Origin: a virus
Taxonomy: Duplodnaviria > Caudoviricetes
Length of the DNA: 38,909 bases
IMG/VR virus record: IMGVR_UViG_3300034160_000204
Coordinates: 1 to 38,909 of that record
Reading direction: 5' to 3' (one strand)
In this document: piece by piece, positions 17,276-25,597 of the stretch
How the letters are laid out: every line of letters begins with the position of its first letter
Position numbering within the stretch: position 1 is the first letter of the stretch
The notes under the pieces: generated by a model
The model's input: the letters and a program-made list of their open reading frames with translations, nothing else
Database searches by the model: none
Told to the model about the DNA's origin: nothing
Made by a program: the position numbers and the translations under genes

Positions 17276-17594
17276 GATATAACCATTATTTTTCAATGGT
17301 TTGTATTATCCATGCTATTTGCGGTTACTTGCCCGCAGGGTCACTCAATGACCCACCGCTTGTAGTAGTATTGATAATATTAGTTGGCTGGGGCAAATTG
17401 ATTTAAAACCGCAACATATCCACACAAATTAAAGCGGTTAAGGTTAATTTTTATTCACTAGGGATTTTAATGTATTGCTGACGCATGGGAGTGCATTGGC
17501 AATATTCCATTAATAATTTCTGGGTGATTTGCATGTTAAAAATATTGGAAGTTGTATTTTTTATAATCTCCCATGCTCCAGGGAGATGTAATGC

Positions 17595-17777
17595 ATGAAT
17601 GGTAATTTTTTATATGAATTTCCTGTCGAGTTACCATTTTTAGGGCGGTCAATTATTTACACGGAAGAAGGGAGGATAACGGCAGTAATGCCATTGCGCC
17701 CCGATCAGGTTGTCGTCGACATGGACATGATGGTCGTAATACTGCGAATGGCCGGTTACACCGTCAATCGGAAGTGA
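17595..17777 (+). CDS. Hypothetical protein, 60 aa
   Basis: GGGAG RBS; upstream TATAAT at 17562. Confidence 0.65.
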   Translation: MNGNFLYEFPVELPFLGRSIIYTEEGRITAVMPLRPDQVVVDMDMMVVILRMAGYTVNRK

Positions 17778-17838
17778 TGTATAATACTCAAATCAGCCTG
17801 AACAACTGATCACCTGCTGCGCTACTGGAGAGAAGCCA

Positions 17839-18441
17839 ATGGCGCAGTTGTTACAGCTAGTAAAATCCGCACCCACTATCCTGACCCCGGCAACGATCGA
17901 GGCCAGCGATTTCTTGCAACGTGTGAAACTCGGCGAGTGGATACAGGCCGAATTCAGGCGTGTTCGTAACTATAAGTTTCATAAGAAATTCTTCAAGCTA
18001 TTACAGCTCGGTTTTGAATACTGGAACCCTACTGGCGGCGCTATCCTGCCGGAGGAACGCCATCTCGTTAACGGGTTTGTAAATTATCTCTGTCGGCAAG
18101 TCGGACAGCAGCATAGCGTTGCGCTTGCTGATGCTGCGGATCAGTACCTGACAGAGGCTGCGTATACCCGCACTGGTGACTTAGCCCTTCTGAAATCGTT
18201 CGATGCATACCGCGAATGGGTAACCATCCAGGCAGGCTATTTCACTGAGCACATCTATCCCGATGGCAGCCGCAACCGGCGCGCTAAATCGATCTCATTT
18301 GCAAAAATGGATGAAGTCGAATTCCATCAACTCTACAAATCAGCGCTGAATGTTTTATGGAACTGGATACTTTTCCGCAAATTTTCATCTCCAGCCGAAG
18401 TTGAAAATGTAGCCGCTCAGCTTCAGGAGTACTCCGCATGA
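17839..18441 (+). CDS. DUF1367 family protein (nin-region)
   Basis: RRVRNYKFHKKFFKLLQLGFEYW and AKSISFAKMDEVEF motifs. Confidence 0.85.
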   Translation: MAQLLQLVKSAPTILTPATIEASDFLQRVKLGEWIQAEFRRVRNYKFHKKFFKLLQLGFEYWNPTGGAILPEERHLVNGFVNYLCRQVGQQHSVALADAADQYLTEAAYTRTGDLALLKSFDAYREWVTIQAGYFTEHIYPDGSRNRRAKSISFAKMDEVEFHQLYKSALNVLWNWILFRKFSSPAEVENVAAQLQEYSA

Positions 18442-19052
18442 ATACAGCCTGTATAAATTGGAGTAGGTATAAGGACAGGGCTGGTTACGGCACAACGTTC
18501 TATCGCGGAAAAGTTAGAAAAGCCCATCGTGTTGCATATTGCCACGCTAACGGCATTCCCATTGAATCTATCGACCATATGGTGATTAGGCACACTTGCG
18601 ATAATCCATCGTGTGTCAATCCGTTGCACCTCATCACTGGGTCTCTCAAAGACAATAATACTGATCGCATGCTTCGAAATAGAAGTTTTCATCCCGATGG
18701 TGAAAAAAACCATGCTTCCAAATTAACAGATAAGCAAATTTACGAAATCAGGAAAAAATACATCCCAAGGAGAAATGGTCGCTCAACCTACGCTCTTGCA
18801 AAAGAGTACGGTGTTTCTCCAGCCTGGATCAGTCGAATAGTTTTGGGGTACGCGTGGCGAGACGAGTCCAGTAAATCGATGTTTCTTACTTTTGAAGGGA
18901 AAACTCTATCGCCTAGTGATTGGGCCAGTGATGAAAGGGTGAAAGTAACAGCAAGAGGAATCATTGAGAGAAAGAAAAGGGGATTAAGTGATTTTGATGC
19001 ACTGTTTGCCCCCAAGCGTACACATAAACTCTGTGGCGGGAATGAGAAATGA
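18438..19052 (+). CDS. HNH homing endonuclease
   Basis: AHRVAY..IRHTCDNPSCVNPLHL..G..DN; GEKNHASKLT; HTH-like C-terminal part. Confidence 0.9.
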   Translation: MNTACINWSRYKDRAGYGTTFYRGKVRKAHRVAYCHANGIPIESIDHMVIRHTCDNPSCVNPLHLITGSLKDNNTDRMLRNRSFHPDGEKNHASKLTDKQIYEIRKKYIPRRNGRSTYALAKEYGVSPAWISRIVLGYAWRDESSKSMFLTFEGKTLSPSDWASDERVKVTARGIIERKKRGLSDFDALFAPKRTHKLCGGNEK

Positions 19053-19339
19053 AAAACCTACGCAAAGAGGCCAAGGGCCGGGACTGCCAGATCCGTTTGC
19101 CCGGTGTGTGTAATTTCAACCCATTAACCACCGTTCTCGCACACTACCGCATGGCAGGCACCTGCGGCACTGGAATAAAGCCTGATGACGTGCAAGCTGC
19201 GTGGGCGTGTAGCGCGTGCCACGATGCCTGTGATGGGCGAACAAAAACCGAATATACGCGTGATGAGCTGCGTCTGGCGCATGCTGAGGGTGTGTTCCGC
19301 ACTCAGGCAATTTTAAAGGGTGAGGGCAAAAAATTATGA
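19049..19339 (+). CDS. DUF1364 / YbcO-family putative nuclease
   Basis: LRKEAKGRDCQIRLPGVCN, VLAHYR, ACSACHD. Confidence 0.88.
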   Translation: MKNLRKEAKGRDCQIRLPGVCNFNPLTTVLAHYRMAGTCGTGIKPDDVQAAWACSACHDACDGRTKTEYTRDELRLAHAEGVFRTQAILKGEGKKL

Positions 19340-19986
19340 GGCTTAAATACGCACTGACTGCCGGTGACCCAAAATCAGCCCAGATTATGGCATACCAAGC
19401 ACGTTCTACTGGCAGCAGCCATTTAACGAAAATTGACGTGATGACGGCATTAGGCATGACGCAGGCCCGGCACCGCTGCGGCCTATGTCTCCTGTACGCG
19501 AAATACACGAAAGACATCGGCGCGGGCAGAACAGCATTAAACGAGCTGACGAAGTATGCCCGGACGCAGGCGCGGAAATATGTCGGCAAGATACCGGGCC
19601 GAAAGGGGGCGCAGGCAGTGCACACCTTAGCCGTAATGGTGTTGGAAGAATACTGCAGAACAGCGGACACGCCGGGGGCCAAATGCCGTTGTGGCGGGAG
19701 CGGTGAAGTTTGTGACCGCAAGGCGACAGACAGGAAGGGTGAATTGATCATTGTGCCGTGTAAAAAATGCCATGGTACTGGACTGCGGCCACTGACCCAG
19801 ACTCACGCCCATCATGCGATTGTTGCACTGGTTCCCGGCGTTTCACGGTCCACGTGGTACCGGGTGTGGTCACGCTACTATGACGCGCTGCTGATGTGGT
19901 GCTACTCGCAAGAGGCTGCGGCTGAATCCGAATATCAGCGAATAACAGGAATATCTCACGCGGACACAGAAGCGGTTGCAATTTGA
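19336..19986 (+). CDS. Late antitermination protein Q
   Basis: DVMTALGM, CRCGGSG..CKKCHGTG zinc finger; immediately upstream of the lysis cassette. Confidence 0.88.
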   Translation: MRLKYALTAGDPKSAQIMAYQARSTGSSHLTKIDVMTALGMTQARHRCGLCLLYAKYTKDIGAGRTALNELTKYARTQARKYVGKIPGRKGAQAVHTLAVMVLEEYCRTADTPGAKCRCGGSGEVCDRKATDRKGELIIVPCKKCHGTGLRPLTQTHAHHAIVALVPGVSRSTWYRVWSRYYDALLMWCYSQEAAAESEYQRITGISHADTEAVAI

Positions 19987-20002
19987 GAAAATATGCCCTA
20001 AA

Positions 20003-20030
20003 TTGACACCCATAGTGGGAGTTTAATACT
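20003..20030 (+). promoter_or_regulatory. Late promoter pR'
   Basis: TTGACA at 20003 and AATACT at 20025, just after Q and followed by terminators. Confidence 0.6.
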
Positions 20031-20054
20031 CTCAATACTACTAAGCATCAAAAG

Positions 20055-20076
20055 AACCCGCCTCTGTGCGGGTTTT
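20055..20076 (+). terminator. tR'-like terminator 1
   Basis: AACCCGC-ctctgt-GCGGGTTTT. Confidence 0.7.
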
Positions 20077-20134
20077 CGCGTTTCTGGAGGGTTGGATCAT
20101 GTGACCGTAAAACAGAATTGCCCACAAAAATAAT

Positions 20135-20160
20135 GGCTGCGCTACTGCGTGGCCTTTTTT
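20135..20160 (+). terminator. tR'-like terminator 2
   Basis: GGCTGCGC-tact-GCGTGGCC-TTTTTT. Confidence 0.65.
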
Positions 20161-20206
20161 ATTCCCACCACCCGATGATCGGGCGATGCCCCGACAGGGG
20201 GAGGTC

Positions 20207-20536
20207 ATGAAAATGCCACTTAAGGAACCAGAAACATTCAGCGTCATGGGAGTTATCATCGTTTTTATTATGACGACGCTGGGCACGATCGCTAATTACG
20301 CATGGCGCGTCATAAACGGCGAGCAATTTCGTTGGTCTTTTCTGCTGCTGAAATTTGCGATTTCTATATTTGCCGGATCCTTGGTCCTGCTTTTTGCGAG
20401 TCATATGAGCTGGGCTGCTGAAATTGCAGGCGGTGTGGCTGGTCTTGCCGGATGGTCTGGTGCCGAGGCGGTAAGGGTTATCGAATCACGATTCCTTAAG
20501 CGACTCAGCGGCGGAAATTCCCCAAATCAGGAATAG
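20207..20536 (+). CDS. Holin with dual-start motif (Met-Lys-Met; 109/107 aa)
   Basis: GGAGG RBS; ATG AAA ATG; about three hydrophobic segments; precedes the endolysin. Confidence 0.85.
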   Translation: MKMPLKEPETFSVMGVIIVFIMTTLGTIANYAWRVINGEQFRWSFLLLKFAISIFAGSLVLLFASHMSWAAEIAGGVAGLAGWSGAEAVRVIESRFLKRLSGGNSPNQE

Positions 20537-20541
20537 TTAGA

Positions 20542-21165
20542 ATGACAAAAGACCAATTTCAACGGGCGGCTAATATCAGCGCCGGGTTAGCTGCACGCTG
20601 GTTTCCGCACATTGAGGCTACGTTCAGCGAGTTCGGCATTACCACGCCAGCAGAACAGGCGATGTTTATCGCCCAGGTTGGGCATGAGTCAGGGGGCTTC
20701 ACCGTTTTTACTGAGTCGTTCAACTATGGTGTATCCGGGCTGAAATCGACGTTTGGCAACCGACTGACAGCAGATCAGATCGCTATGCTGGGCCGCCAGT
20801 CTGGTGAAAGCTCGGTACCGCTCAATCGTCAAATGGCGATCGCCAATCTGGCGTATGGCGGCCGAATGGGTAATAAGGCACCGGGTGACGGTTGGAAATA
20901 TCGCGGGCGCGGGCCGATGCAACTTACTGGTCTGGATAATTACCGGGCATGCGGTACAGGGCTGAAACTGGATTTAGTTGGGCAGCCGGAGTTGTTAGAA
21001 CTGGATCGTCACGCTATGCGTTCCGCCGGCTGGTTCTGGCAATCGCGCAACTGCGGCCGGTACGCCAGCGATATCGATCGCGTTACTGTGCTGATCAACG
21101 GCGGCAATAATGGACTGGCTGACCGCCGAGTCCGTTTTGAGCAAGCCAGAAAGGTGCTGACATGA
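20542..21165 (+). CDS. Endolysin, glycoside hydrolase family 19
   Basis: AMFIAQVGHESGG, GDGWKYRGRG..QLTG..NY, INGG.NGL.DR. Confidence 0.93.
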   Translation: MTKDQFQRAANISAGLAARWFPHIEATFSEFGITTPAEQAMFIAQVGHESGGFTVFTESFNYGVSGLKSTFGNRLTADQIAMLGRQSGESSVPLNRQMAIANLAYGGRMGNKAPGDGWKYRGRGPMQLTGLDNYRACGTGLKLDLVGQPELLELDRHAMRSAGWFWQSRNCGRYASDIDRVTVLINGGNNGLADRRVRFEQARKVLT

Positions 21166-21371
21166 AAATTAAGTTTGAGCTATCAACTGCGCATTTCGCA
21201 GAAGGCATGAAGCCGTCACACGGGCCACAGCAATGGCCATGGTGGCGCTTATTTTCTATCGGCGTTGTTCGCCAAGATATTCATCGGCCATCGACGGGGC
21301 GCAGGATGTGGCTCTATACGCGCTGGGGTGCTGGGTACGTGGGCATCTACTTGGTGCGGCGGTCATCATGA
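21162..21371 (+). CDS. Hypothetical Trp/Arg-rich protein inside the lysis cassette, 69 aa
   Basis: ATGA-coupled to both the endolysin and the i-spanin. Confidence 0.65.
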   Translation: MKIKFELSTAHFAEGMKPSHGPQQWPWWRLFSIGVVRQDIHRPSTGRRMWLYTRWGAGYVGIYLVRRSS

Positions 21372-21700
21372 CGAAAATCACACAGTACAGTCTGTTCGGT
21401 GCTTTGCTGGTGGCCATCTGCCTCGGTTGGTATGCGTCTTCTTTATCTGACGATTTGGATGAAGCCCGGCAGGAAAACAAAATGCTGGTGGATGCAGTGG
21501 ACAGTCGTGACGGGACAATCAGCGCGCTGAAAGATGCCACCAGTGCTGACCGCCGCGCCACCGAAGAACAGTTGAAGATAGAACAGCAGAAGAGGGCAAA
21601 GGCTGATGCTGAAAACGGAAAACTACGCCGTGCGCTGGCGTCCAGTGATTGCGATCGCCAGCGCATGCCTGATGATGCTCTCAACATCCTGCGCAAATAA
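21368..21700 (+). CDS. Inner-membrane spanin (Rz-like), 110 aa
   Basis: Start MTKITQYS; N-terminal TM helix, coiled coil, C-terminal CD..RMPDD. Confidence 0.85.
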   Translation: MTKITQYSLFGALLVAICLGWYASSLSDDLDEARQENKMLVDAVDSRDGTISALKDATSADRRATEEQLKIEQQKRAKADAENGKLRRALASSDCDRQRMPDDALNILRK

Positions 21701-21911
21701 ACCGCCACAACCGGCCCCGCAACTGATCTACGTGTACCCGCCAGCGGTGCTGCTCCAGCAGTGTGAGCAGACGCCGTTTACCGGGGAAACATTCGGTGAT
21801 GCCGTGATGGCATTGCAGATGGCGCAGGTAGAGCTTGATGTGTGTGCCTCACGTATCGAGGGGCTGATTAAGTGGCAGCGAGATAAAAGCGGGGATGGTG
21901 CTCCCCGCTGA
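21606..21911 (+). CDS. Outer-membrane lipoprotein spanin (Rz1/LysC-like), overlapping type
   Basis: Signal peptide with lipobox-like LSTSC, then a Pro-rich segment; overlaps the 3' end of the i-spanin. Confidence 0.82.
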   Translation: MLKTENYAVRWRPVIAIASACLMMLSTSCANKPPQPAPQLIYVYPPAVLLQQCEQTPFTGETFGDAVMALQMAQVELDVCASRIEGLIKWQRDKSGDGAPR

Positions 21912-21917
21912 GATGTA

Positions 21918-22130
21918 TTACCCAATCTTACGAGTAGGGTAACGATTTCTTATGGTACTGGAAAAGTACCCGCCCTTTGATGATGCATTCATCAAAGACT
22001 GATAAACGCCAGCCGGAACCCCGGAATATTGATAAACCGTTCCATTAAGAAATGCTACCTCCAGCGTACTACTAGCGGCATCATAACCAACAGAACTGAG
22101 GTTTGAAGATGAAACAGATTGACGAAACAA
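21918..22130 (-). CDS. KTSC domain protein
   Basis: RQSVSSSNLSSVGYD..TLEVAF.NG.VYQYSGVP..VY..LM.ASSKG.YF; AAAGGAG RBS, TTG start. Confidence 0.9.
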   Translation of the reverse strand: MFRQSVSSSNLSSVGYDAASSTLEVAFLNGTVYQYSGVPAGVYQSLMNASSKGGYFSSTIRNRYPTRKIG

Positions 22131-22282
22131 TTGATAAATCTCCTTTAAGTGGCAAAAGTGCCAAGGAAATAATTGAGCATTTTAAAAGCTATAACTTTGT
22201 CGATGATCATGGTCATCGCTTAGATATGTGTCACGACTTCACTGATTTAGTGGAAATGGCTACAGCGTCACAAAGTGAATGA
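22109..22282 (+). CDS. Hypothetical acidic protein, 57 aa
   Basis: Hand-translated MKQIDETIDKSPLSGKSAKEIIEHFKSYNFVDDHGHRLDMCHDFTDLVEMATASQSE; GAGG RBS. Confidence 0.55.
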   Translation: MKQIDETIDKSPLSGKSAKEIIEHFKSYNFVDDHGHRLDMCHDFTDLVEMATASQSE

Positions 22283-22401
22283 CGGCATTACAGAGCATCT
22301 ACAGCGTGGGTGCTCGATAATGACCATTGAAAAAATAATGTTAACCCCCATTTATGATTTGTTACCCGCCACATTGGTCGGTTTACTTAATGGAGGTTGA
22401 T

Positions 22402-22608
22402 ATGTTCGATTACACTGGTTTCCCAAATGACCCTTCCAACAAAGGTTGGGTTTTATGTTGGGCATGTTATTCAAATTCCCCATGGCATCTTGCTGGTATT
22501 TACAAAAGTGAGGATGAGGCATTAAAGATGCTGGAGACGCTTGGAAGGGGTTACCAAGTTGCCCACGGATCGCACAGGAAAGATACGGACGAATTCATGG
22601 GTGGTTAA
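22402..22608 (+). CDS. Hypothetical moron protein, 68 aa
   Basis: GGAGG RBS before MFDYTG; AT-rich upstream region; own terminator. Confidence 0.7.
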   Translation: MFDYTGFPNDPSNKGWVLCWACYSNSPWHLAGIYKSEDEALKMLETLGRGYQVAHGSHRKDTDEFMGG

Positions 22609-22630
22609 GGTGGCCAACCTACAAGCAATT

Positions 22631-22662
22631 AAACCCGCAACCCGTTTTTAAGCGGGTTTTTT
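22631..22662 (+). terminator. Rho-independent terminator
   Basis: AAACCCGC...GCGGGTTTTTT. Confidence 0.7.
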
Positions 22663-22710
22663 ATTTGCATCACAGAGCAGCTTCCCAAGGCTGCTGCGTA
22701 ATGCGCAAGC

Positions 22711-22770
22711 AAAGCCATCAGCAACACCCATCGGTCACAAAGACCACGGTTGCTGGTGGCTTTTTATTTT
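22711..22770 (+). terminator. Long hairpin / terminator
   Basis: AAAGCCATCAGCAAC...GTTGCTGGTGGCTTTTT. Confidence 0.55.
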
Positions 22771-22886
22771 ATTCTGCACCACCGTGTAAAATATCGCATC
22801 AGGCAGCACAATCAGCCTGTATTGCATGTGGGTGGTGCGGAAATTCTCGGGGTTTATATTTCTACAACCAGCAGGAAGTTCTGATT

Positions 22887-23513
22887 ATGGTAAGCACAAT
22901 CCGGCCAATGCCGCCATCAGACCTCATTGATACCTTTCATCTGTACAACCGGTTAGAGCCGGCTGGCGAAATCCTTGAGTGGGTAAACGCGAAAATAATC
23001 AGCGATGAGGGAGAACTGAATAATCCCGATCATTTTCATCTGGCGGATGCTGATCTCTGTTTTCTATGGGCTGCAACAGCGTTCGAAAAACAGGGAAGGG
23101 TCGTTCTTGGTCAAGCTGAACAAGTAGCGATGCGCGTTGGTGGCTGGCAAAAAGCCCGTATGGAGCAGCAAATGTACGAATGGTTCGGACGAGTGCCAGC
23201 ATTCGTTATCACGCTGGCTGCTGACTATTGCGCTCAGTGTAATGATCTGGAGTTCTGCGCACTCATCGAACATGAGCTTTACCACATCGCCCAGGCCACA
23301 GATGAATTTGGCGCACCGAAGTTCAGCAGGGAAACCGGACAGCCGGTGCTCAAATTGCGCGGACACGACGTGGAGGAATTTGTTGGCGTGGTTCGCAGAT
23401 ATGGCGCCAGCGTCGATGTTCGGCGGATGGTCGATGCAGCAAATAAACAGCCAGAGATCGGAGGCATTGATATTGCCAGGGCGTGCGGAACCTGCTTGCT
23501 GAAACTGGCGTAA
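22887..23513 (+). CDS. Putative phage metallopeptidase, 208 aa
   Basis: ALIEHELYH (HExxH) and GHDVEEF; start re-assigned to MVSTIRP. Confidence 0.82.
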   Translation: MVSTIRPMPPSDLIDTFHLYNRLEPAGEILEWVNAKIISDEGELNNPDHFHLADADLCFLWAATAFEKQGRVVLGQAEQVAMRVGGWQKARMEQQMYEWFGRVPAFVITLAADYCAQCNDLEFCALIEHELYHIAQATDEFGAPKFSRETGQPVLKLRGHDVEEFVGVVRRYGASVDVRRMVDAANKQPEIGGIDIARACGTCLLKLA

Positions 23514-23544
23514 ATTTTAGACTGCTTAAGACGGATGGTGATTT

Positions 23545-24033
23545 ATGGCAGCACTCAAACCAGAGGTGAAAGCCTTCATCATTCAGTCGCTTGCGTGCTT
23601 CGATACCCTCTCGATCGTGATGGAGTCTGTCCAAAAAGAATTTGGTCTGAAAATTACCCGGCAGCAGGTCGAATCGCACGATCCAACCAAAGTAGCCGGT
23701 AAAGGCCTCGCAAAAAAATGGGTGGTTATGTTCAACGCCACTCGTGACCGTTTTCAGAATGAAACATCCGACATCCCGATCGCTAATAAGGCCTATCGGC
23801 TACGCGTTCTCGATCGCATGGCATCCAGAACTGAGAGCATGAAAAACTTTGCTTTAACAGCTCAAATCATGGAGCAAGCAGCGAAGGAGTGCGGTGACGT
23901 GTTTACAAATCGGCAAAAAGTAGAACAGACCAGTTCGGTAACTCACAACATCATGCCTGTGCCAACATGCACAAGCGCTGAAGAGTGGGAGGCGGCCGCG
24001 CAGCAACAGCAGAACGAGGTATTAGGCAAATGA
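23545..24033 (+). CDS. Terminase small subunit (DUF2280 family)
   Basis: MAALKPEVKAFIIQSLACFD, IPIANKAYRL; precedes TerL. Confidence 0.85.
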   Translation: MAALKPEVKAFIIQSLACFDTLSIVMESVQKEFGLKITRQQVESHDPTKVAGKGLAKKWVVMFNATRDRFQNETSDIPIANKAYRLRVLDRMASRTESMKNFALTAQIMEQAAKECGDVFTNRQKVEQTSSVTHNIMPVPTCTSAEEWEAAAQQQQNEVLGK

Positions 24034-25586
24034 GCTACAACGTAGTTTGGAAGCCGCTACCTGGTTCGCAGTCGCTTTCACTAAGCTGCCCCTGTGATGA
24101 GATACTTTTTGAAGGAACTCGCGGCCCCGGTAAAACAGCCGCCCAGCTTGCCCGCTTCCGCCGCAAGGTTGGCTTAGGCTACGGAACGTTTTGGCGCGGT
24201 GTTATTTTCGACACCGAATATAAAAATCTGGCAGACATTATCACCCAGTCAAAACGTATATATCGGCTGTTTGGCGATGGCGCTAGATTTCTCAACTCAG
24301 CGTCAGAATTACGCTGGGTATGGCCGACTGGCGAAGAGTTGCTATTTAGATTTGGCAAAGAAGAAAATGACTACTGGGATTATCACGGCCAAGAATTCCC
24401 TTTCATTGGCTTCAACGAACTGACGAAGCAACCCAACTCAGACTTCTACGAGTCCATGTTTTCTTGCCGCCGTTCATCATTCAGGCCGCAAGATTACCCA
24501 CGGCAGGACGGCTCATTATTGCCCAACATCCCGCTCGAAACATTTAGCACAACGAACCCATTCGGCATTGGTCATACCTGGGTTAAAAAGCGGTTTATTG
24601 AGCCAGCTCCTCGCGGAACCATTATTCGTGACACACAAATGGTTCCGAACCCTCAAACGCAACAGGATGAGGAAATAACCCTAAGCCGAGTCGCCATTCA
24701 CGGTTCGTTCAAAGAGAACCCATATCTGGATCCGGTATATATCGCCACGCTGATGAACATCAAGGACCCGAACAAGCGTAAGGCATGGGTTGAAGGTTCT
24801 TGGGACGTGACCAGCGGCGGCCGGTTTGACCATCTTTGGAATGAATCGCTGCACGTTATTAAGCCGTTCCATATACCTGTTAGCTGGACTGTAGATCGTT
24901 CCCACGACTGGGGCGAGTCGAAGCCGTTCTCTAATCTTTGGTGGGCACAGGCTGACGGTACCGAGGCAATGCTTCCAGATGGAAAAAAATTCTGTCCACC
25001 GGCCGGATCATTGATATTGATCGGCGAGTGGTACGGCTGCCCACCAGATGAACTGAATAAAGGGTTGAATATGTCGTCCACCAACGTCGCAAAAGGCGTG
25101 AAGTGGATAGATCAGCGCTTAACCGGTCAGGACGTTGAGGAGCCGCCTGAAACAATAGGTCAAGGCCAGATGCATATTATGCCGGGGATCTGCGCTGAGG
25201 TGCTACCGGGCCCTGCCGATGGTTCAATTTTCAATACCGGTGATAACGAACTTTCCATTGCTCAAAAAATGGAAAAGCAAGGCGTCGAGTGGATCCCGGC
25301 GAACAAAAGCCCTGGTTCACGTATCAATGGCGCATCTATTTTTGCGGACATGTTAGAGGCCGTTGTTGAAGGAAAGGCATCGGAATCAGGAATACCAGAA
25401 AAGCCAGCATTCTACGTGTTCGACTACTGTCGCGGCTGGATAGGTCGTATTCCTGTTTTAGTCCGAGACGCCAAGAACCCGGATGATGTTGACACCACCC
25501 AGGAAGACCATGACTGGGATGGGACGCGTTACCGCGTTCTGCATTCACCACCGAAAATAACCGGCATGTTGGTGCGTTCGCGCTGA
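24030..25586 (+). CDS. Terminase large subunit
   Basis: Walker A GTRGPGKT, Walker B-like FIGFNELT, coupling motif TTNP, nuclease DWG..EDHDWD. Confidence 0.93.
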   Translation: MSYNVVWKPLPGSQSLSLSCPCDEILFEGTRGPGKTAAQLARFRRKVGLGYGTFWRGVIFDTEYKNLADIITQSKRIYRLFGDGARFLNSASELRWVWPTGEELLFRFGKEENDYWDYHGQEFPFIGFNELTKQPNSDFYESMFSCRRSSFRPQDYPRQDGSLLPNIPLETFSTTNPFGIGHTWVKKRFIEPAPRGTIIRDTQMVPNPQTQQDEEITLSRVAIHGSFKENPYLDPVYIATLMNIKDPNKRKAWVEGSWDVTSGGRFDHLWNESLHVIKPFHIPVSWTVDRSHDWGESKPFSNLWWAQADGTEAMLPDGKKFCPPAGSLILIGEWYGCPPDELNKGLNMSSTNVAKGVKWIDQRLTGQDVEEPPETIGQGQMHIMPGICAEVLPGPADGSIFNTGDNELSIAQKMEKQGVEWIPANKSPGSRINGASIFADMLEAVVEGKASESGIPEKPAFYVFDYCRGWIGRIPVLVRDAKNPDDVDTTQEDHDWDGTRYRVLHSPPKITGMLVRSR

Positions 25587-25597
25587 CGGAGGACATT

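Noticed and set aside
22665-22886. N-terminal extension of the metallopeptidase ORF
   Set aside because: It runs through hairpins and terminators; the ATG at 22887 has an AGGA RBS
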